A stretch of 64,000 nucleotides of DNA from an uncultured Chloroflexia bacterium (GTDB lineage: Bacteria; Chloroflexota; Chloroflexia; Chloroflexales; Herpetosiphonaceae). Position numbers and translations under genes: made by a program. The notes beneath the pieces were generated by a model. That model had not been told where the DNA came from and ran no database searches. It saw nothing but the letters and a program-made list of their open reading frames with translations. This document shows, piece by piece, positions 57,175-64,000 of the stretch. Every line of letters begins with the position of its first letter. The first letter of the stretch is position 1. The stretch lies in assembly GCA_963767035.1 (NCBI GenBank), contig CAVYBW010000001.1, positions 2,374,547-2,438,546 of the forward strand, in the 5' to 3' direction.

Positions 57175-59061
57175 ATGAATGGTGGAGGCTGGCGAGGGTT
57201 TGTTCGCGCCAATGAAGACGAACAACCCACCATCAGCCGCATGTTGTTGCAGCGTGTATGGGGTTATGCCAGACCCTATCGCCGCGGCATCATTGTGGTC
57301 TTAATTACAATTTTTATCGGAACCTTGTTGGATCGGATTACGCCGTTGTTGGTGCGCCATTTAATCGATGTGGCGATTCCGCAGCGCAATCTTGGGCGGT
57401 TGAATCTAGTAGCAGTGGGCTTGGTTGCCATTCCACTGGTTGGTGGGTTGCTCGATATTTGGCAACGCCGCCATTCAGCGCTGGTTGGCGAAGGCATTAT
57501 TTTTGATCTGCGCCGCAGTTTGTATAGCCATATGCAGCGTATGAGCCTGCGCTTTTTCACCAGCACCAAATCGGGCGAATTGGTTTCGCGCCTAAATAAC
57601 GATGTGGTTGGCTCGCAACGCGCGGTTACCGGCACATTGATTACGCTGATCACCAATATCATCACTGTCAGCATTACGCTCTTTATTATGTTGACGATCG
57701 AATGGCGCTTAACCTTATTGGCCTTGCTGGTATTGCCATTATTTATGCTGCCAGCGCGGCGCGTTGGCAAGATTGTACGAACCCTCACGCGCTCGCAGAT
57801 GCAGGCCAACGGCGAAATGAACGCCTTGATGGGCGAAACTCTGAACGTAAGCGGGGCGTTACTGGTCAAGATTTTTGGTCGTCGCCATGATGAAGTTGCC
57901 AAGTTTAGCCACCATGCTGGCGAAGTGCGCGATCTCGGCATTCGCACATCGCTGGTCATGCGCTCATTTTTTGTGATGGTTGGCTTGGTGAGCGCGGTTG
58001 GCGTAACCTCAGTTTATTGGTTTGGTGGCTACCTCGCGATTACCTCCGATAGCTTTAGCACCGGCGATATTATTGCTTTGGCGTTGTATTTGCCGGGCTT
58101 GTATGGCGCAATTTCAACCTTGGTCAATACCCGGGTTGAATTGGCATCGTCGCTAGTTTCGTTCGAGCGGGTGTTCGAAATTCTCGATTTACCCCAAGAA
58201 ATTCTCGACCCAGCCGAGCCTAAGCTACTTGATTCGATTCGTGGCGAAGTTCAATTTGAGCATGTCTGGTTTCGTTATCAAGCTGATGATGATACAATTC
58301 TTAGCCCACGCAATGGCCAAGAAACCACCATCATTAGCCCAATTACCAGCCGCGAATGGGCCTTGGAAGACATTGATTTTACGGCCAAGCCTGGCCAATT
58401 AGTCGCTTTAGTTGGGCCATCAGGTGCTGGCAAAACCAGCCTAACCTATCTGTTGCCACGCTTGTATGACGCTAGCCGAGGCCGCGTGCTGATCGATGGC
58501 GTTGATGTGCGTGAATTGGATTTGGATAGCCTTGGCCAAGCAATTGGCATGGTTACCCAAGAAACGTTCTTATTCCACGAGAGTTTGCGGGCCAATTTAC
58601 GCTATGCCAAAGCCGATGCGACTGATGCCGAATTAGAGGCCGCCTGTCGCGCTGCCAATATTCACGAGCTGATCAGCAGCCTGCCGAATGGCTACGATAC
58701 GGTGGTTGGCGAACGGGGGTATCGCTTCTCTGGTGGCGAAAAACAACGGATCGCAATTGCGCGGGTTATTCTCAAAAACCCGCGCATTTTGGTGCTCGAT
58801 GAGGCCACCTCTGCGCTCGATTCACGCTCAGAGGCATTAATTCAAGCTGCCTTGCAACCATTGCTCAAAGATCGCACCAGCATTGTCATTGCCCACCGGC
58901 TTTCGACCATTCTCGCGGCTGATCTGATTTTGGTCGTCGATCAAGGCCAAGTGCTCGAACGCGGCACTCACAGCGAGTTATTAGCCCAAGCAGGGCTGTA
59001 TGCGCAGCTGTATCATACCCAATTCAAAGAGCGCGAGGAGCATTTAGAGCAGCGAGCATAG
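57175..59061 (+). CDS. ABC transporter, fused permease/ATP-binding exporter (MsbA-like)
   Basis: 628 aa; 6 TM then GPSGAGKTS Walker A, LSGGEKQRIAIAR signature, ILVLDEATSALD Walker B. Confidence 0.9.
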   Translation: MNGGGWRGFVRANEDEQPTISRMLLQRVWGYARPYRRGIIVVLITIFIGTLLDRITPLLVRHLIDVAIPQRNLGRLNLVAVGLVAIPLVGGLLDIWQRRHSALVGEGIIFDLRRSLYSHMQRMSLRFFTSTKSGELVSRLNNDVVGSQRAVTGTLITLITNIITVSITLFIMLTIEWRLTLLALLVLPLFMLPARRVGKIVRTLTRSQMQANGEMNALMGETLNVSGALLVKIFGRRHDEVAKFSHHAGEVRDLGIRTSLVMRSFFVMVGLVSAVGVTSVYWFGGYLAITSDSFSTGDIIALALYLPGLYGAISTLVNTRVELASSLVSFERVFEILDLPQEILDPAEPKLLDSIRGEVQFEHVWFRYQADDDTILSPRNGQETTIISPITSREWALEDIDFTAKPGQLVALVGPSGAGKTSLTYLLPRLYDASRGRVLIDGVDVRELDLDSLGQAIGMVTQETFLFHESLRANLRYAKADATDAELEAACRAANIHELISSLPNGYDTVVGERGYRFSGGEKQRIAIARVILKNPRILVLDEATSALDSRSEALIQAALQPLLKDRTSIVIAHRLSTILAADLILVVDQGQVLERGTHSELLAQAGLYAQLYHTQFKEREEHLEQRA

Positions 59062-59077
59062 GGATCGGGGATTGGTT

Positions 59078-59222
59078 GCATTCCCTCACCCCCCAACCCC
59101 CTCTCCCACAGTGCGGGCGAGGGGGAGCCTCAAAAACGCGGGTTTCTCCGTGCAATCGCGCTGAAACCACGAGGTTAAGCCCCTCGCCCGCTGCGTGGGA
59201 GCGGGGTTGGGGTGAGGGGATA
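59078..59222. repeat. MITE-like nested palindromic repeat, copy C, with ~25-bp terminal inverted repeats
   Basis: 5' ccctcaccccccaaccccctctcccac ... 3' gtgggagcggggttggggtgaggg; internal gggcgagggggag and cccctcgcccgc complementary segments. Confidence 0.75.
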
Positions 59223-59334
59223 ATCAACATTCGTTAATGCTATGTGCCAGTACCCATAGCCCTTTTGTGGATCAAAAACCTGCCAACATCCATTACACTA
59301 TAGCCATTGTTTTGAGCAAGGAGGCTTGAACTGT

Positions 59335-60371
59335 ATGATGAAGGCAGGATTTTTTCGTCAACACGGTGGGCTAGAAGTCCTTGAATATGGCGATTTGGCT
59401 GAGCCTGTGGCTGGGCCAGATGAAGTTTTGGTGCGGATACGTGCTGCCGCATTAAACCACCTTGATCTGTTTGTGCGCGAGGGCTTACCAGCCTCAACTT
59501 TAAGTTTGCCGCATATTGGCGGCTGCGATATCGCAGGCGAAATTGCCGCAATTGGCGAAGCTGTAACTGGCTGGAGCGAAGGCCAGCGCGTGATCGTCAA
59601 CCCGAATATGTGGTGTGGCAACTGCGAATATTGCATTGCAGGCGAAGAAACCTTGTGCGATCGCTATGGCGTACTTGGCGAGCACCAAACTGGTGGCTTT
59701 GCCCAATATATCGCAGTGCCAGCCCGTAATCTCTACGCGATTCCTGCTGATTATTCGTTCGAGCAAGCAGCAGCGGTGCCATTAGTCTGGATGACGGCGT
59801 GGCGAGCGTTGATTGGTCAAGCTCAATTGCGCGCAGGCCAAAGCGTCTTGATATTGGGCGCTGGTGGCGGCGTGGCTAGTGCAGCAATTCAAATTGCCCG
59901 CTATGCTGGCGCAACAGTTTATGCAGCTTCACGCTCGCCCGAAAAACTGGCCCGCGCCAAAGAGCTTGGTGCCGATTACGTGGTACGATCAGATGGCGAT
60001 TGGGGCCGCGAAATCTGGAAACAGACCAACAAGCGCGGCGTTGATGTGGTGTTGGAGAATGTGGGTGCGGCGACGTGGGAAAGCTCGTTGCGCAGTGTGG
60101 CCAAGGGCGGCACCATCGTAACCTATGGCGCAACCACAGGCCCGATTGTCAACATCGATATTCGCAAACTCTTTTGGCGCCAATTTAACCTGATTGGCTC
60201 GACCATGGCCAACAATCGTGCAATTTCAACACGATTATGCGCTTGGTGTTCTGGGACCGTCGTTTTGAGCCACTGATTGATAAGGTGTTTCCGTTGAGCG
60301 AAATCCAAGCGGCCCAAGCGTATCTTGAATCCGCCGAGCAATTTGGTAAAGTCGTAATCACAATTCCCTAA
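59335..60371 (+). CDS. zinc-type alcohol dehydrogenase / quinone oxidoreductase (MDR family); reading frame disrupted near 60222
   Basis: the ORF ends prematurely at 60276; the canonical MDR C-terminus (NFNTIMRLVFWDRRFEPLIDKVFPLSEIQAAQAYLESAEQFGKVVITIP) lies in another frame to about 60371; single-base indel near gcaatttcaac. Confidence 0.75.
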
Positions 60372-60425
60372 GTACAGCTTTGCCTCAGCCAATCGCCGAG
60401 GGTCAAGGCTTGGAGCAATTAATTC

Positions 60426-61386
60426 ATGCCAATCACAATCGAACATATTCGCGTTTTAGAAGGCCCAAATATCTATTATCCCCAAGCTGGGGTAGCCGCA
60501 AGTTTGCATGTTAGCCACGATTTGCGCGACGAACTGGGGCGGCAAATCAAAACCTGCGCCGCAAGCCGTTGGCTTAATCATTGGCTACCTACGCATGCGC
60601 ATTGAGCCGATCGACGAGCAAACATGGCAATTGAATCTTAGTTTTACCTGCAATCATCCTCAGCTTGGCGCAGCTAGTTTGCAGCATGCAGTTGACGATA
60701 TCTTGGCTGCTGAGCGTCAGGATGAGGATTGGAGTCACGATGATGCGCTGTTTGATCTCCGTCGCCAGCGCATGCGTATCGACCCAGTATTGCCGTTGTT
60801 GCAATTGCGGGCTGAAGCCCAAGGTCGAGTGCTGCCAGTCTTGCCGGTCGGCGATGGCATATTGCAAATTGGCACGGGTAGCGGTGGCTGGCGCTTTGAT
60901 CCAGCGCAACTAAGCCTTGGCTTTACGATTTCCCCGCCATGGGAGCAAATTCGCAGCGTGCCGTTGATCGCGATTGGTGGGCTTGGGGCCGAATTAGCGG
61001 CTGAGCACATAGCCCAAGGATTAACTGCCGCCGGTTGGCAAAAGGTGGTGCATATTCCAAAGGGCGATTTTACTAGCGTGCGCCAAGCGTTGGTTCAAAC
61101 CGAGGCTGAATTGTTTGTGCTCGCTGTTGATCACGTCGATGCAGTTGAGCGGGGCTTAGCCTTTAATCGCTGTAACCTTGGGATTGTGTTGAGTATTAGC
61201 TCGCTGCCAGAGGAGCAAGCCTTGGCCGCTGGGTTGCCAGCCCTGACCGCTGACGAACTTGGCAACACGATTTTGCTGGCCGATGATCAACGAACTGCTG
61301 GTTTAGCCCGTCGTACTGCTGCCCCGGTGGTGCAATTACAGCGAACCAACGAACCAGGCCCATTCAACAGCCACTCTTGGCTTTAG
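60426..61386 (+). CDS. hypothetical protein; probable N-terminal 59-codon segment in a different frame (disruption near 60549)
   Basis: an ATG with upstream GGAG opens MPITIEHIRVLEGPNIYYPQAGVAASLHVSHDLRDELGRQIK.. and stops after 59 codons; the 292-aa ORF in the neighbouring frame is open upstream of its first ATG and has no RBS; removing one A from caaaacc joins them. Confidence 0.4.
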
Positions 61387-61533
61387 TAGTCACTCAATTG
61401 CAGCAATTGCTCGATACTGGTGCGCTTGATGACGCGGTATAGTTCGCTCACCCATGCCACCAATTGGATGCGATAATGGCAAGTACGGCTATTGGTTGGC
61501 TTGGCAATTCACCCACTTACTAGGAGGTAGAGC

Positions 61534-61893
61534 ATGCCCCAGATTACTGTTGGTTCACAGGCACCGTTCGAGGTAGCAAGTGGCACGCGGTTGGTTAATG
61601 CCCTAGAAGATCACGGAATTGATATTTTGCATCGTTGTGGTGGCAACGCCCGCTGTACAACCTGTCGGGTAGAATTTCAGGCTGGCGAACCGCAAACAAT
61701 CACCAAAGCTGAAGCCTTTAAATTGGCTGAGGCGAAGTTGACTGGTGTGCGTTTGGCTTGCCAAATTGTGTGTGAACACGATATGCAACTCCAACCTTTA
61801 ATGAGCTTGAGCGAATCGGGCTTACCCGACCCTGGCCCACGCCCAGCCAATACCGTCACGCCTGACCCAGAATGGATCGAACGCTCGCTTTAA
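61534..61893 (+). CDS. 2Fe-2S ferredoxin
   Basis: 119 aa; CGGNARCTTCRV...LACQ cluster-binding pattern; AGGAGG RBS. Confidence 0.8.
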   Translation: MPQITVGSQAPFEVASGTRLVNALEDHGIDILHRCGGNARCTTCRVEFQAGEPQTITKAEAFKLAEAKLTGVRLACQIVCEHDMQLQPLMSLSESGLPDPGPRPANTVTPDPEWIERSL

Positions 61894-61952
61894 CTGCTTC
61901 GGCAGGTGCACCAAGGATCTCCACGCTGAGATGCTTGGTTGAATAGGAACTC

Positions 61953-62842
61953 ATGAACTTCACGTCGCTGCGCGAATTTGGCTCAACTGGTTTACAGGTT
62001 TCAGCGCTTGGCTTTGGCGCTGGACACATTGGCGGCAACGAATTAACCGAATCAGAAGTTGCCAAACTGCTCAATGGATTGCTTGATCTAGGGATCAATT
62101 TAATCGATACTGCCCGAGGGTATGGCCTTTCCGAGCAGCGCATCGGGCAGCATCTACAGCACCGTCGCCATGAGTTTGTGCTTTCAACCAAAATTGGCTA
62201 TGGCATTGAGGGCTACGATGATTGGACGACCCAATTATTACCGCCGGAATTGATGCAGCACTGCAACGGATGCAGACCGATTATCTGGATATTGTGCATT
62301 TTCACTCCTGCCCACTCGAAACCCTGCGCGCAGGCGAGGTTAGCGAAGCCTTGGATCGCGCAGTTCAAGCTGGCAAAGTACGAGTCGCTGCTTATTCTGG
62401 CGATAACACACCATTGGCATGGGCAGTGCAATCGGGCCATTTTGGCGCAGTTGAATGCTCAGTGAACCTTGCCGATCAACGGGTGTTGAGCCAAATTTTG
62501 CCGCAGGCCCAGCAACGCCAAATCGGCGTGATTGCCAAACGCCCAGTTGCCAACGTCGCATGGCGCTTTGCCCAGCGGCCAATTGGCGATTATGCAGAAG
62601 TCTATTGGGAACGACTTCAAGCCATGCAGCTTGATCTCAATCCCGATCAGCTTTTAGCATTTGCCCTCCGCTTCACTGCCTACACCCCGGGCGTGCATAG
62701 CTGTATTGTTGGCTCGCGCAGCCTTGACCATATGCAACATAACCTTGAACTCGTCCAACAAGGCCCACTTCAGCCCCAACTCTACCAGTATCTAACGAGC
62801 CAATTTCAGGCCCATGATCAAGGCTGGGTTGGGCAAATTTAA
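61953..62842 (+). CDS. aldo/keto reductase; reading frame disrupted near 62224
   Basis: the N-terminal 91 aa are AKR-like in the 61953 frame; the rest (DDPIITAGIDAALQRMQTDYLDIVHFHSCP...) is in the 62222 frame; restoring one G in gattgg(g)acgac joins them. Confidence 0.75.
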
Positions 62843-63068
62843 GTAAGCAGCAAGCACAATGGCGTGTGATGCTTGCGCTACGAACGGGCGATTTGGGACT
62901 TTTCGACTATAGGCAATTGTTAGCAAGCCTGACACAATAGCATTGAGTGTAGACGTGTGAGTTCCGCCGTTCACAACTGGGGATTTGCCCTGATGTTGCT
63001 TGAAGTTGCAACTTTGGCCTGTTTCGGGTACAACAACAACAAGTCAATCAACCATCAAGGACAACATC

Positions 63069-63684
63069 ATGGGCAAATTAATCACCATTGTAGGCAACGC
63101 TGGCATTGGCAAAACCACCCTCACCAAGTTGCTATGCACCGATCAGCGTTTTTTTGCGGCCTTAGAGAGCCACACCGAGCGACCATTTCAACAGCTATTT
63201 GCCCAAAATCTCCAGCGCTACGCCCTCGCCAACCAATTTGATTACCTGTTATTACGCGCCGAGCAAGAGCGGGCTATTCGCGCTCGGCATGGCATTGGGG
63301 TGCAAGATGGCGGCCTTGATGAAGATTTTTGGGTCTTTACCCAGCATTTTCAGCACCAAGGCTACTTTAACTGCCGCCGAATTTGCGCTCTGTGAACGCT
63401 TGTATGTTGAGCTTCGCGCAGGGCTAGGCCAGCCCGATCTGATCATCAAACTCGAAGCTCCGTTGGAGCTGATTGTTCAACGCTATCAACAACGCAACCG
63501 CCCGCTAGAAATTGCTCAGCGCGACGATTTGGCCAAACTTGGCAACTTGCTTGATCGCTGGACGGCGACGATTGACACTCCTTTGCTGACCCTTGATTGG
63601 AGCAGCGACCAATTGCCCACACAACAACAACAACAGCAATTGATTGAAACTATTCTTGCCCAACACAGTATAGAAAGCACGTAA
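63069..63684 (+). CDS. deoxynucleoside kinase family protein; reading frame disrupted near 63367
   Basis: P-loop ITIVGNAGIGKTTL; the ORF stops at 63395 while the dNK C-terminal half continues in the 63199 frame; removing one T from ggctactttaactgcc gives ...QGYLTAAEFAL.. Confidence 0.75.
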
Positions 63685-63721
63685 AAACTACCTAGAGTTA
63701 GATGTAGATTTTGGAGGGTAT

Positions 63722-64000
63722 ATGCGCCTACGTGTTGGTGTGATCATCACGCTTTTATTGCTGATCACCGTTGGTAAAGTCATTCAAAGCCCCATGTATG
63801 TGGCCCAAGCTCAGCCTCAAACGCCTGAGCAAACAACTGTTCCTCAAGGTTTTGCCCGCATCCAAGAGCAAGAATTTAACGATTTGTCAACGAATGCCAA
63901 TCAGCTGATTGGCACTAGTCTGGTTGTGCGTGGCTCGATTATGCAAAACGACGTTGATTACTTTAAAATCGATTTGACTGCTGGCCAACGCGTGGTCTTA
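63722..64000 (+). CDS. secreted protein with PPC-like (pre-peptidase C-terminal type) domain, 5' partial (runs off the window)
   Basis: GGAGGG RBS; signal peptide MRLRVGVIITLLLLITVG; DVDYFKIDLTAGQRV motif. Confidence 0.5.
   Translation, partial: MRLRVGVIITLLLLITVGKVIQSPMYVAQAQPQTPEQTTVPQGFARIQEQEFNDLSTNANQLIGTSLVVRGSIMQNDVDYFKIDLTAGQRVVL

Overview
This window looks like a chromosomal segment of a Chloroflexota-type genome, possibly Herpetosiphon-like (an uncertain impression). It is about 50% GC and mixes housekeeping operons with accessory genes.

Main blocks, in order:
- 300-4629: a four-gene lipid or natural-product-like cassette (adenylate-forming enzyme, GT1 glycosyltransferase, KAS III, SDR).
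- 4706-8036: an oligopeptide-type ABC importer (binding protein plus two permeases) with no ATPase genes.
- 8239-9971: sigma-70 RpoD and ribosomal protein L28.
- 10290-14292: a fatty-acid kinase system (Asp23, FakA/YloV, two DegV/FakB copies).
- 14630-16818: mrp/apbC and moaA.
- 16819-18998: a strongly AT-rich island with an orphan 427-aa ORF and an SRPBCC gene.
- 19110-31232: many secreted repeat proteins (FG-GAP, ELWxxDGT) with patatin, FprA, CBS, GNAT, DoxX and a DeoC plus DeoC-like pair.
- 31594-34796: the rpsL-rpsG-fusA operon with a consensus promoter and a leader hairpin.
- 35924-36119: tRNA-fMet and a CAU tRNA.
- 38003-46954: a metal/redox island (Cys-rich membrane peptide, SoxR-like MerR regulator, cbtA-cbtB, P1B-type ATPase, ArsR with its operator, dsbA-dsbB, YtkA-like and FixG-like genes, two paralogous small secreted proteins).
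- 47215-50788: a tandem-GNAT-like protein, a Ycf45/SpoIIIAA-like ATPase with R3H domain, and tmk.
- 50950-52579: zinc-ribbon proteins, DUF309 and NUDIX.
- 52600-53242: a promoter carrying a near-consensus LexA (GAAC-N4-GTTC) operator in front of two translationally coupled 75-aa proteins of unknown function.
- 53390-64000: OYE reductase, a PASTA Ser/Thr kinase, a 41-codon sORF, zinc peptidase, ABC exporter, MDR dehydrogenase, ferredoxin, aldo/keto reductase, deoxynucleoside kinase, and a partial secreted protein at the window end.

Three loci carry a nested-palindrome MITE-like repeat family, and two other short dispersed intergenic motifs recur.

At least ten genes carry single-base frameshifts, and arsR carries an in-frame stop; essential genes such as rpsG are among them. 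This pattern points to indel errors in the assembly rather than real pseudogenes.

Coordinates of non-CDS features were read by eye and may be off by 1-2 nt.
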